Below are positions 23,143 to 35,705 of a stretch of 64,000 bases of DNA, piece by piece (position 1 is the stretch's first letter; each line of letters begins with the position of its first letter). The notes under the pieces were generated by a model. That model saw only the letters and a list, made by a program, of their open reading frames with translations, made no database searches and was not told where the DNA came from. Source of the DNA: Eremomyces bilateralis CBS 781.70. Taxonomy: Eukaryota. The stretch lies in NCBI GenBank assembly GCA_010015585.1, contig ML975164.1; one strand, 5' to 3'. Made by a program: the position numbers and the translations under genes.

Positions 23143-24975
23143 ATGTCTACCACTAACGGAGTCGCTCCTGTACATGTCTCGGGAACTAACAGCCCGCTTG
23201 ACCATACCAAAGCCATGGAAATCCTCCAGAAAGACTACGCAGGCAAGGATGGACTCGATGCTGAGACGTTGGTGGACTCCAAGCTCCATGGTGGACTCAC
23301 CTACAACGACTTCTTGATCCTGCCGGGCTACATTGGCTTCCCCGCCTCGGAGGTAAGCCTTGACACACCGGTTACCAAGCGAGTCTCCATCAAGACCCCC
23401 TTCCTGTCCTCGCCCATGGACACCGTCACCGAACATTCCATGGCAATCCACATGGCCCTGTTGGGAGGACTGGGCGTCATCCATCACAATTGCTCGCCCG
23501 ACGAGCAAGCAGAGATGGTTCGGAAGGTTAAGAGATACGAGAACGGCTTCATCTTGGATCCGGTGGTCATCTCAGAAGGGACCACGGTCGGTGAGGTTAA
23601 GGCCCTTCGTGAGAAGTGGGGATTTGGGGGCTTCCCCGTCACAGGTACGTACCTTTTTTTTTATATCACATTAAGCATTATATGATGAACAATTCCTTTA
23701 TTTATAACTTTCGTTCAACCACAACGTCTCTGGACGTGCTGCGGAGTATGAAGATATCTATCTGATAGATACTACTGTCACTGAAATTTTGGTATATTCA
23801 CTATGGATATCGGACTGACTAGTGGAATAGAGAATGGCACTCTCCGATCGAAGCTGATTGGAATTGTCACCAACCGCGACATCCAATTCCACGACGAACT
23901 CGATGCGCCGGTGACAAAGGTCATGTCGACTGATCTGGAGACTGCTGAAACTGGAGTCAATCTCCAAGAAGCGAACGATATCCTTCGCCGATCCAAGAAG
24001 GGCAAGCTCCCAATCGTCGACTCTGAAGGCAACCTCGTTGCTCTCCTTTCTCGCTCCGATCTCACCAAGAACCTCCATTTCCCTCTTGCTTCCAAACTCC
24101 CCGATTCCAAGCAACTCATTGCCGCTGCCGCCATCGGCACCCGCCCCGACGATAAAATCCGCCTGGAGAAATTGGTCAGTGCCGGTCTTGATATCGCCAT
24201 CCTTGACTCGTCCCAAGGCAACTCCATCTACCAGATCCAGATGGTCGAGTACATCAAGAAGACCTATCCCGACCTCGATGTCGTTGCCGGAAACGTCGTC
24301 ACCCGCAGCCAAGCCGCTCGCCTCATCGCCGCCGGCGCCGATGGGCTGCGCATCGGCATGGGCTCCGGCTCTGCCTGCATCACCCAGGAAGTCATGGCCG
24401 TCGGTCGTCCCCAAGCCGCCGCCATCTGGAACGTTTCCCAATTCGCTGCTCGCTTCGGCGTCCCCTGCATTGCCGATGGCGGCATCCAAAACGTCGGGCA
24501 CATCGTGAAAGGCCTCGCTCTCGGCGCCACCACCGTCATGATGGGCGGCCTCCTCGCCGGAACCACCGAGTCGCCCGGTCAGTACTACGTCAGCCGTGAA
24601 GGCCAGCTGGTCAAGGCGTACCGCGGCATGGGCTCCATCGACGCGATGGAAGACAAGAAGGCCGCTGGGGCGGATCTGAAGGATGCGAAGGCTGCGAATG
24701 CCGGCACCGCGCGATATTTCAGCGAGGGTGATCGTCTTCTCGTCGCCCAGGGTGTGAGCGGAAGCGTTCTGGACCGGGGCAGCATCACCAAGTTCGTTCC
24801 GTACCTGATGGCGGGTGTCCAGCACTCGCTGCAGGATATTGGAACCAAGAGCTTGGCGGCGCTCAGGGAGGATGTAAGGACCGGAGACGTCCGGTTCGAG
24901 TTGCGGACGGTGAGTGCGCAGGCGGAGGGCAACGTGCATGGGCTGCATACCTTTGATAAGAAGCTCTACTCTTAG
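23143..24975 (+). CDS. imdA: Inosine-5'-monophosphate dehydrogenase
   Basis: [20 protein letters not shown] pair, catalytic [15 protein letters not shown] and KAYRGMGS. Single 186-nt intron 23645-23830. Confidence 0.97.
23678..23768 (+). ncRNA. snR54: Intronic box C/D snoRNA, snR54 homolog (18S rRNA 2'-O-methylation guide)
   Basis: Box C ATGATGA 23682-23688 and box D CTGA 23762-23765. The guide TAACTTTCGTTCA (23705-23717) is complementary to conserved 18S GAACGAAAGUUA. Yeast snR54 is also hosted in an IMPDH (IMD4) intron. Confidence 0.88.
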
Positions 24976-25368
24976 GAATAGGAATAGAGCCGTGTAGAGT
25001 TGAAGGTGATGACTTTCTGCATGCAGGATGGAGTATCAGTCCGGATGAAACCGACTGCAAATGACATGACTGGAGTAGACCGTGGGTGCGAACCCTAAAA
25101 GTACATCTGATTCGGGAGGAGGAGCTCAGGTTGAAGAGCAATTTCTCTTCATTAGGAGACGTCCGGTGGTTGTAGTCTAGGTTTAACTTGATCAATTTAC
25201 TGGCTTTTCTATGAACCCTGTATGCCGTTGTTATTGGCTTCATTCTACGTGAACATGCTTAAGAAGGGAACTCAGGTCTCGATACAGTTGCTCGGGATCC
25301 GATGTTTAGTTCAGACAAGTCTGTATTGTTCGTGGCATGCAAAACCTAGCAAAGTATATACTTCATCC

Positions 25369-26519
25369 TCATAGCTTCAACTCCCCCTTAATCTCCTTCA
25401 ACGCCTCCTCCTTCGTCTTCACCTCCACCTTCCTCGGCCCCTCCTTACTAAACCCAACGAACACCACCCACTCCGCCGTCCCCTTCCTCTCACTCCCTTT
25501 CAACTCCAACCCCGGCGTCGCCAACGACAACACTGCCCTCCCATCCTTCGCCACCACCCCACCCATCCGATCCGGGCTGATCACCTTATCCTTCCACGCC
25601 ACCCCCAAATCCCCCTCCCTCACCACCCACTCCACCAATCGCCGCCTCCCTTCTTCGGCGCCCCGCCCCGCCAGAAACCGCGCCACATGGAACAGCAAAA
25701 ACACCTGCGGCGGAAACACGATGATCTCTCCGCTCGCCGCCATCGCGAGCCATTTGTCCGCCGCCAGGAACCGCGCCGCCGTGTGCTCCACCCCGCCATC
25801 GTGCGTTGGCGTCGGGATCACAACGTCCTTCTCCGTCGCCAGCGGCCCGATCCCCCCCGCCCCCGCCGTCGCCACCGGCAGGAAATACAGGTACATCTGC
25901 GTCGTGAACCGCTTCGGCACACCGGTGGGCGTCACCCATCGCGTGTACGGCACCAACCCCTCCGTATCCGGCTCCCCGCCCTTCGCGCGCACCCAGTCCA
26001 CAAACTTCACCTTCCCGGCGTAGATGTCTTTCCGCGCCTGCTCCCGCTCCGCCTCGGGCACCTCGATTAGGCGGCCGGTGGGATCGCGCGCGAGCAGAAT
26101 GCCGCTCTCCTCGAAGGTTTCGCGGATGGCGGCGAGGCGGTAGGCGGGGCCGTCGCGGTGGCGGTCAGGGTGGAGGGGGTCCGGGACGAGGCCGTCGTGG
26201 GCGGCGGAGACGTTGCCGCCGGGGAAGACGTGGGCGGAGGGGAAGGAGGATGAGGTGCGGACGCGGCGGAGGAGGAGGACTTGGTTGTCGGGGGAGAGGA
26301 GGAGGACGCTGGGGGGGTTAGTGGGATTTGGTGGGGAGGAGGGGTTGAGGTCGTGGGAGGCGGATAGGCCATGAGACGAATCGTCGTGACAGGCTAGGGG
26401 ACCCCGGATTGGAGACATGGCAGGGAATAGGTTGCTTACCTTGCGCTCGGCCTTGGAACCGGAGGGGCCTTCTTTGGCTTCTCCGCCCCGTCCTTGTACA
26501 TCGCCTTGGCTTGCGACAT
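25369..26519 (-). CDS. Nudix hydrolase, NUDT19-like (acyl-)CoA diphosphatase; start may lie further upstream
   Basis: PRPSAS, VFPGG, AAIRETFEESG Nudix box and RWVTP..KRFTT. Intron 26309-26439. Confidence 0.88.
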
Positions 26520-28233
26520 GTTTCTAACTTGTATTCTGCTCGCCGTCACAGGGGAGATATGAGAACCGAACGACTGCCCCGCAAGGATTCCTATACGTGG
26601 TGCGATCTGAATTGCCCCTCGATTGACCTGTCGATCAGAGAGATCTGCAAATGTGATACCGGGCTGCGAGAGAAAGGATCTAATCTTTGAGAATGCAACC
26701 GATCTATTCGAGGATCTAGATAGCGAAATCCGGCAATATGCAATCGCGTGAATATGCTTTTTCGATCCTGCAATCCAACTCCGGGATATATGCCAAGTCT
26801 CCAATCGTACCCAAAACGTACGGTGACTAAGATGCGGTCTATCCAAGCTCTTTCTCAGGAGTTTGGGGTCTTGGTCCCAGCGATCTACAAGCTCGGTCCC
26901 TATCCGCCTCTCTCGCCACAATCTGTTCCTGTCCGTGGCAATACCTCGTGTTTCACGTCCAATTCCCTGGGTCGTTGGATGTATATGACGACTGAATTGA
27001 GGGGACAAGCAGCTTCGCACTGCGCTCATTTCAGGGCCCCGGGTGCGTCTCTTAAGTAACAACGGGATAATAGACGAGATATACCGAGAACCTCCTCACA
27101 TTGGTGCCGCCATCCGTGGACCGGGGAACTGGGAGCCCGAAAGGAGGTTTCACGGATCTCTCATGCCTTTGCCGAGGTTGGCCGTGACCGCCTTATTGCC
27201 TTATTGCCTTGGACTGGGAGCAGGAAGGTTCCACATCCGTCATCTCAATCCTGCCTCCATCAACGAAATTTTGACATTTACTTGCGTTGAAACATCTGAA
27301 ACCATGGCTTTTAATTGATTGACATAGACTCGGGCCTATGGAGTGAATCGCAAGCCTCCATAAAACCCCGGACAAGCAAGGCCACCTGGGTGAGGCGAAC
27401 ACCTTGGGTCGCTCATTACAATTCGTCCGCAGATCCCGCGTTGGGCTGGTTCTCCATGCTATCGCGGTGTAGGATTATGCCTGCATCAACCAAAACACAT
27501 GGCGTCAAACGGGGATTTGGGCTTGTTTTGTTCGACGGCAAAGACAGTTGCGGGTTGTGGGAAGACATGCTGCTGAGCCAATCGGCGAATTTATTCACTG
27601 CGGTAACCTGTGGTTGACTATGGCATTCGCTCTGCTGGCTCCTCCTCCGCCATGGTATCAATTAATCGTCGGCGATTCGTGCCTATATCCCGCCTAACAT
27701 AAGGAAAATCCAGAATTGACAGGCGACCCGAAGGAATGCTGGACTCAATGGTGATGCAACTCGTCATTCCCCCCGAGTATGCCAGGTCCGACCAACGCCG
27801 GAAGAGCAGATTGAATCCTGTCCCAGCCGACGAGCCAAAGGAAACCAGCGAATGATCCATGGTATCTCGCTGTAAACCTAGACATTGCTTTAGAAAGCAA
27901 AAAGACCCGTCCGCTGCTGGTCTCTGAGACCGAAACAATTCGGGATACAACTCCAACACGACCATGTGACCGAAAACCGCCAACCCAAAACCGAAAAATA
28001 ATATGAACTCCAATGAGTGTATATATCAATCCATCCGAATATTTTGTACATATCTGCCCTTTGCGCCAGACGCATTCCGTCAAGTGAGCGGAGCTCAACT
28101 GTTTCGATCCGGGATATCCGCTAAACTGAAAAAGTGAAAGACGTAGAAAAATAACAATATGCTGAGTCCGTCGATATAATTCCGCAGACCGTTGACTCCG
28201 TTTGAAATCCCGAGAAAGCGAGTAGACGCCCCA

Positions 28234-29884
28234 TTAACACCGTCCTCTCGTGAGCTCAGTGCTGCCGTAGGGCCTTGGTCTGGTAGACCCTGGCGGATCT
28301 TCGGGCTCCATTAGAGCAGTGATGAAGTCAACGTGCTCCCCCGGCGCATTGCTACTCGGTGCCACTGGCAGTGGCTTCCTCACCTGCTCCATCGGCCCAA
28401 TCGACTCGGACTCCACCGCCCACTCCTGTTGCACGACAACGCCCGTCTCCTCCCGTTGACTCGAATCCCGCGACACCTCCGGATACGCGACTGTGATCTG
28501 TAGATTTTTCTTCGCATTCTCGCGCGCCTCGCGCTCTTGCTTCGAGTTTTTTCGGAACGGGAGGTGGGCTAGCTGGATGTCTTTGAGCTTCTCGCCTAGC
28601 TTGCTGGCGGTGGCGGCAACGTCGCTGAAGGAGAGCTTGCGGCGCGTGCGGCCGTGCTGGTCGAGCATTTCTCCTTCCCCAAGGGGGCGGCCGGAGATGG
28701 AGACGCGGGAGAGGGGTAGGGTATCACGGTGCGACTCGGCGGAGAAGGAGGTGCTAGGTTTGGAGTCTGTGCGGGAGTCTGTGCGGATATCGGCGCGGGA
28801 GTGGTTCCGGGATTGGGACTGATTCCGGGATTGGGAGCGATTGAACCAGCGTTGTGAATTAGACAGAAAACGATGAGCCGGTACGATGTCGTCGTGTTCG
28901 TAGGCCGTTTCAGTGAGGTCGGATATAGAACCCAGGCCGGCTTTTGCATCGGGCTCCATGTTCAGGTTGTTACGGACCATCGGTGACTTTTTGAACTGGC
29001 CGAGACGGATTGCACCGAGGCGCTGAAGGACGGACTTGAAATCGTCTAGCATGATGTTGTCTGTGAGACACTTGAAGACGAGAGATAACTTCCAGTATGG
29101 ATTGATGCCGTCCGTCGAAGAAAGCGACGTGGTTGAAGATATGATGTCCATGAGCGTGAAGATCAAGGAGATGATGATGGATGCGAGAAGAATTCCGAAC
29201 CGAGGCGTCTTCTGAACCAGAAGGAAAATATTCATCGAGTAACATTTTCGAATAACATGGAACAGAGTCATACAACTGAAGACCCACCAGGGGTCGCGCA
29301 TTAGAGTCTCATACGGTCGAACTAGTGAGTAAAGGGTGGAGATATTGTTAAAGAAACGGAAATTGTTCGCAATCTGAAAGACCACGATCGGAGCAGTAAT
29401 AGACAAGGAGACCAGGTACGTCCAGCGAACTGTCCTTGAAACGTTTGGAGAGAAGGACGCATGTGGGGCGGTGAAGAACGGTCGAATTTTCATCCAAGCG
29501 ATGACGTTGTGGAGGAAGTACGAGGTGTAGAGCATTGCTGCGGTCGTGGATAGATACCAGCCATATCCATCGAACGACATGAAGCAGAACGTTCCGTGAC
29601 TCGTGGCGAGGAGAAGCTGGATGTGTCAGTGCCGTGTTTCGAAGGTGAATACGACATACCTCCAACAGGATGAGTTTGTGCAACAGAACTCCCTTGCGCA
29701 TGTTGGCAACCGTGATGATTGCCATTATAAGCAATGCTCCAACAATAAGGCCTTCGCTCCATCCCTCCACAATGAATACTTGAGGGTCTGTCTGATCGCG
29801 CCAGTTTCCAAACGTCTTCGGTTCGCCATCTCGAGGAAGTAACAGCTCCGTCACCTCTTGGGGGACGGATGAGATAGGGGCCAT
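28234..29884 (-). CDS. Conserved fungal multi-pass membrane protein with a long disordered cytoplasmic tail
   Basis: About 7 hydrophobic segments; LLHKLILLE, RDPWW and GINPYWKLSLVFKCLTD motifs. Intron 29617-29659. Confidence 0.8.
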
Positions 29885-31226
29885 GATGAAATTTCCATGG
29901 ACAAATGGAGAGGATATAGATGGGGAATGAGGAAGATGGAGGTATCCTAAGGTTGTGCAAGAGGGCCTCCACGACAGGTAGGTCAAGATTTGGGGGTAGG
30001 TGACTTGATAAGAGGTACTTCTGAAACGTTCAATCTAGGGATTCGGTTTTGCCGTCGCCAAGTCATTCTAAAACAAAGATTCTGTAGTTCGATTCCTTCA
30101 GGCGAATGTTTCGCTAGTGTGAATATATGACGATTATTCGGAGTCCGTTAGGATGTCCAACCACGGCACAGAATCGCGTTACCAGGCCAAGCGGACGGAA
30201 ACATAGAAAGAAGGATGTAAGAGTAAGAAGCAGGAAACTACGGCAGATGGCTATGACGAGAATAATAAATAATCGATCGCTTACCGGAATACGCATGCAC
30301 CATGACGAGGCTGAAAGGCAAGACTCGGGACGTGAAAAGACGGTCAATGCCGGGCGCAGCCCTTTGTTGTGCTGTCAAAGATGCATGAAGTATTGAGGTT
30401 GGATTTTCCTCCGTCGACCTAAAATAATCCAATGGCAACCTGACTACCCTCACTATTGGTAGGCAAGGGAGTACAGGGCAGTATATCCAATCCTTTAGGT
30501 GTGGAGGTGCATGTCACTCCCCATGTCGAGGCGGATGCGGCCAAGAGACGGCAACGTGGAGAGGGTGAAATGAGAATGGATCCTTGCTCCCGCGTGGACT
30601 ATTATTAAGATCTGAAAGCGACAAAGCGAATAGCCGGAAGATGGGAATACGAGAATTGCACTTGATTGTCGGGACCTACGCAGGGTCCATTGGAGAATAA
30701 CGGCAAGAATGTGGTCTTTATTCGAGGGAGTAGGAGATAGAGAGTTTGGAGGCCAGAGGCAATATGGATATGGATAGTGAGGAAGTTTGGTTGTTGACAG
30801 AAAAGAGGATCCAGATCAGCCATCCTAGGCACCAAATAAGGCACGAAATCATGACGTATATCGGATGCTACAGTGAGCTTGACCGGATCACTACTCTTGG
30901 ACTTCATCTTCAACATTCTCCCTCCCAGTACCCATGGTGGTATCTATCGCGCAACTATCAGACTTTATGGAATCTTCCTCTCATTTTCGCTATCATGTGC
31001 GGTAGTACTCTTCGACAGATGAGCCATGATAGAGCCCCGAAAGCAGCGACTGGAATCTGGATCGATACAGATGGCGTCTAATTCGGGTACTGTTCCCTTG
31101 CTTTCGGTTTGCCTGTTCTGAGGCACTCTCCAATATCGTATTTCCAATGCTCTGGATACAGTAATTTCGAACGATTGGCCTAGATTCGGTCGAGCATACT
31201 GTGGATTCGATATGGTCCAATCACCC

Positions 31227-32825
31227 TTAGGTTATATTTATATCTAGCTTATATACGAGCTGGTTCAATATGCGCTCGGATTTCAAGTAGACGTTGATAG
31301 CATCGACCTTGCTCTCATTCCGCTTATACACGTACTTGGCGCTGACTCTCCGTTCCGAGACATACTCTCTATTGGGAGCGGCAGACAAATCGGCGGAACA
31401 TGTCGTGATCGATTGTTGAACGGGCCAGTCCGCCGGTTTCTTGTAGATCTGGATGCCATTCAGTTGGGGGATGGGAGGGTACCCGAGCGGGAAAAGAATC
31501 ACGATGAAGATCGCATCGACATGGGGGGCGTATGGCCGGCATAATGACAACAAAAATCCGGCGGCGATATCATGGGTAAACGCCAGTGGTGTCCGCCCTA
31601 GTCGCATCGTCAAGGTTTTCGGATCCCACGTGGAATTGACGCCTTTGACGTTGGCGAAAGAAACCTCGAAACTGTCGGATGGGTAGGATAAACGGCAGAA
31701 TATGCCAGTTGGCCGTTTATACAAGGAACGGAAATGGCTCACGATGTACAATGATCGGACTTCAGCTTGGGCAACTCGTCTGGGATCCACTGATCCAATA
31801 TAAGAACCCTGATATACACATCGCTCATATATGGATATACCAGGGGTGACTGTTTCTCGAAGATATATCCCGATTTGTTTCGCAAAATTGTTCTCAATCT
31901 GGCATTCGAGGACGCCGGTTTGGATATGTTTTCCGCTAGAATCAGGACCAGTGGGAAACATTGGAAGGCGGATGCTCAGCCCCATATGCGTCATGGTGAA
32001 CGGCCCATGATCAGGGTTGCGAGGGATTGGTATGATATTCGAGGAATTCAGAAAGTCGAATGGTGTCTGTGCGAGGACGGAGACACGGTACGGGTTGGTG
32101 TCCAGATCCCACGCCAAAATCGATTGATCGTCCGAGATCTTGATGATTTCTTCCTGGAGTCGCAAGAACGCCTTCTCCCCTTCTCCATACAAGAGAGGCA
32201 TGTTCACGCCGAAGAGCCCAACGAGGTAGTAGGCCATATCTTCGACACGAGTGGTCTTCCGCTTAGCAGCCCACGACATCCGGCATGCGATGCTGGTCGA
32301 CCACAGGCTGTATGCGTCAACGAGGATTGTTTTGGGTATCCCAGTGATCGTCGAAATCTGATCCGCGAAGGATTCCTTCTCGCCAATATAGTTCCAGTCC
32401 GCATTGTAAAACCCCATGCGTTCCGGTGCAATCAATTCTTGGAGTGTCCATCCTCTCGTGAACCAACGGCCGTTGGAGAGAACGGTCCCGCCCTTTGCGG
32501 GCACCATGTCGCTCAGATAAGCATAACACACCTCAGCATATCGGTACCATTTTAACATGGAATTGATGGCCTCGGAGAGCTCCGCGCTGCTACTCTTATC
32601 GATGCAACATGTGTCAATCCATATATATTCGTATCCATGCTCTTTGGCTTTCTCGCAGACACCGTGAACCTTTGCCCAACCGGCCTTATTCACCGTTCCT
32701 CCAGGCGCGAGGATGTCTTGATATGTGATTTCATCTGTGTCCCAAGTGTGGGAAAGGACAGTATATTGAAGGATGGAGTCGACAAATCCTTTGACCGATT
32801 TGGTGGACGCGTTGAGCAGGCGCAT
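31227..32825 (-). CDS. HET-domain heterokaryon incompatibility-type protein
   Basis: MRLLN, YTVLSHTW, WIDTCCIDKSSSAELSEAINSM..WY, WFTRGWTLQELIAP and MPLLYGEG motifs. Intronless, 532 aa. Confidence 0.93.
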   Translation of the reverse strand: MRLLNASTKSVKGFVDSILQYTVLSHTWDTDEITYQDILAPGGTVNKAGWAKVHGVCEKAKEHGYEYIWIDTCCIDKSSSAELSEAINSMLKWYRYAEVCYAYLSDMVPAKGGTVLSNGRWFTRGWTLQELIAPERMGFYNADWNYIGEKESFADQISTITGIPKTILVDAYSLWSTSIACRMSWAAKRKTTRVEDMAYYLVGLFGVNMPLLYGEGEKAFLRLQEEIIKISDDQSILAWDLDTNPYRVSVLAQTPFDFLNSSNIIPIPRNPDHGPFTMTHMGLSIRLPMFPTGPDSSGKHIQTGVLECQIENNFAKQIGIYLRETVTPGISIYERCVYQGSYIGSVDPRRVAQAEVRSLYIVSHFRSLYKRPTGIFCRLSYPSDSFEVSFANVKGVNSTWDPKTLTMRLGRTPLAFTHDIAAGFLLSLCRPYAPHVDAIFIVILFPLGYPPIPQLNGIQIYKKPADWPVQQSITTCSADLSAAPNREYVSERRVSAKYVYKRNESKVDAINVYLKSERILNQLVYKLDINIT

Positions 32826-33618
32826 CGCGACACTGGGAAAATTGGAACTGCAGTCGTATACAGGGCAAACCAGTTTTCGTACAGCCGAACTACTCTAAGT
32901 CTATAACGCTCCCTACAAACAGACGCTCGAGCTTAAGAGGCCGTGTGACCCTGCGATAATGAAACTTGAATGTACATACTCATTATTCATAACGGTAATG
33001 AACCACGGCAGATAAAATTAGTTCAAGAGGTACGGAGTACCCAGCCATTTCATGCAGGACTCAGCCATCCAACCGTCGGGTATGGATATGCAACAGCGGA
33101 GAATTGCCAAATCTAGTGATCGTCCATTGTAAGTAAACATCAATCCGGAAGTAACAGTACGTAGGCCCTATCTAATCCGCAATATCATATTGATATCTCC
33201 ATTGTAGGACAGTTGTAAATACTCTCCAAGCATTTGGCGGCAGCGTTGTTTATGACAACCATCGATCGATATCGTTGACGGTACCTGGGGTGGGAAAATT
33301 TATGGGCCTCTGCCTTTTAATTTGACGCCCTCCTCTAGCCCACGCAAACGGAGATTCATACATGTATTATTGACTTGCGTAATTAAAAGAAGGTAAGACA
33401 TACCTCAAGAGAGGGAATGCGAGAGTAAAAGAAGGTAACAATCGAGAGATTTTGAAGCTTTGGGGTATGCTTCTGGATGCGATCAAAAACATATATCATA
33501 CGGCATACGCATGGAAGACCTATCGAAAACGCCAGTGAACGGCCCAGCAATTTATTGGTAACTATACCTTCGGTCATTAAGCTGCAAGAAGTGACTTGGA
33601 CATGGCTGATCGGAGAAC

Positions 33619-34790
33619 GTGCTACATCACGCTCGCGGTTTCGAAGGGGAGAGACCGCTGAAGCACAACACGGTCAGATCCTCGCCACGACCGGGGAACA
33701 CGTCCTATAACATTAGCATTAGGCACCTAGATCCCCATACGAACCAAATGATTTTGTGGATGAAGGGGTTCGACTCCAAACTGATGACAACGGACGGGAT
33801 TCCGATGGTAGGACCCAACCACGACTATCAGCACGGCATCGAATTCTGGACGAGGGAGGAAACTTGGCCACCGGAATTCTTCGAGAAGCACCATGGAGCA
33901 AATACTCGCAAGGAAGATGTCGTCGCCATCTCGTCGCCCGAGGAGATTAGAAGTCGGCTCTTCAAAGTTGACTTTAATATAGCTAGCGATCGGAAATAGA
34001 CAGAGGTGAAGAGTGCGTTATATAGGGACACAGGGAATGTACATTTGCTCGAGACTGAAGGCATGTATTCGAAGGAGTCGAGCTAGATGTAGTAGATGAG
34101 AGTAAAGAGATATAGGATCCCAACCGGGCACTCTTCCACGATCGTATATTCAAGACAGCCTGCAAGACCCTAGAGGAAAGGGATGAAGAGAAGGCTATTC
34201 AAACATTTCTGGACTATTCTTTCTATCAGCAGGAGCATTCGCCTTCAACCACACGCCGCCAGGAACCCCGCGAGGGCTGGGATGGCTTGACTCCTCTACT
34301 AGCCTCCGGCCATAACCAGGCTACTACACTATGGTCCGTAGGAGTCCAGCGCAACGCATGTACAGAGAATCGGCTCGATATCTCTCGCCATTCGTTGGCG
34401 ACCTATCCTATTTTATAGCACATACTCTATTTTTCCTTCCCGTTCCTGACGTCTGAGGTGAAATTTGTTACCGCTCCGCTTGACTTCATGGATCGGTAGA
34501 ACGCACAAAGCATAACCGTCTCAGCCGAGTGTCATTGAGCTCTTCCACTTCGTGGAATGGAGAATGAGGTTGAGCGGTAGATCCTGCGTTCCCTATCTTG
34601 TACAACTAGGATTTCGTGCGGATCTATTACCCCATGTTTAACGGGAAATATACAAGATATTACTACCACCAGATCCTAGATCCACGCGTTTAGCATCCTA
34701 GAAGCTGGTAAGGAGAAATGGTCAGCGTAGCAGTTTATGAAGGATGTTTACGACAAATGGATGCCAGAACACATAACCTATCCGCGGATT
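33619..34790 (+). pseudogene. Decayed member of a fungal PD-(D/E)xK-like family (recalled as DUF7924; verify)
   Basis: Colinear motifs across frames: IEFWTREETWPPEFFE, SDRK*TEVKSALYRD, LFHDRIFKTAC, EGWD, SVG..NACTE..SPFVGD, FPFLTSEVK, LDFMDR*NAQS, VRIYYP and KEKWSA*QFMKDVYDKWMPEH. Many stops and frameshifts. Confidence 0.7.
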
Positions 34791-35491
34791 CCCTACATGA
34801 TCGGAGGATTGCAGCACTGATCTTAGATATTTAGAATGTTGTGGCGGTCTTAGAGAATGGTCTAGCGGATTGTTCGGCAATCGATCAGTGTCTACGGCCT
34901 TCTATGCCAAGAGGAATATCAAAACCTGATGGAGGAATATAAGGCGGCACGGTCAGTGCACTTGGAGGCGCTCGCTTTCAGTATTCAGGAATTCCGAGGG
35001 ATCGCGAATGAGAGCGATTTCGCAAACACCGTTACAAAACGTAAAACGTTGGAAGTGTCTTGCGGATTTGCAATGCAACACATTGCGACGAATCTGTGGG
35101 AATATCAGCGAGGAGGAAACTGAGGTCAAGCAGCTCGAAGAGTCACTGAAGAGACGCTAGGAATAGCTACAAGTCTCTCAAGAGGAGGGCGCCTAGATTG
35201 GACTTCGGGTCACTTCGGTAGCTCATCGTCGGGGTTGGATATGGGCGGCATTGGTCCACTGGTGGAGGACGGTCTCGCGAAGCGGGATGGTTGTGAAAGG
35301 TGGTAGAAAGACATGTCAGGTAGATTAAGTAGAAGGAATGAATTGGTCAAGTAGAATAGTCAGTAGGGGAGGAGAGTGAAACCAGCGTATATCCTGTGGA
35401 AAAAATGATGGCCATTCACTGTTTGTTGACATGCTCTCCGGTCGTAGTGATATATATTTAACCGTTCGACTTATCAGTATCCGGGCACCAT

Positions 35492-35705
35492 GGCTGTGAA
35501 TGGAGGGAGCCCGTCTCCTTGGTAATAGTGGTCAGTCATCGGTTGGAAGCCCCGGGTTCGACTCCAGTCGAAGTTACAGTACTTGAATCATGCTTCGGCC
35601 GCTTCTGATAACGATGGTCTGTAGGGCAAAAACCGCTATTACACTACCGGGCGGTTTTTGTAACGTTCCCGCACTTGCGAGGCGTGAGCATTTTTAGCCT
35701 TTTTT
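35492..35705 (+). ncRNA. Candidate structured Pol III transcript or SINE-like element, identity unknown
   Basis: TATA at 35451-35460, A-box-like TGGTAATAGTGG at 35520-35531 and B box GGTTCGACTCC at 35555-35565. The 5' and 3' ends pair (GGCTGTGAATG with CATTTTTAGCC), there are internal hairpins, and a T6 run lies at 35700-35705. Confidence 0.6.

Noticed and set aside
23758..24948. Long antisense ORFs (also 8380-9240, 13525-14322, 25337-26023 and 41657-42787)
   Set aside because: They shadow GC3-biased real genes and show no recognisable motifs.
23143..24975. IMPDH as a mycophenolate-type self-resistance gene
   Set aside because: Neighbours are housekeeping genes with no PKS or prenyltransferase, and the snoRNA-bearing intron points to the ancestral copy.
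35510..35575. Canonical tRNA, or intact SRP / RNase MRP RNA
   Set aside because: There is no acceptor stem or anticodon arm geometry, and the SRP helix 8 and MRP/P P4 motifs are absent. Kept as an unknown ncRNA instead.
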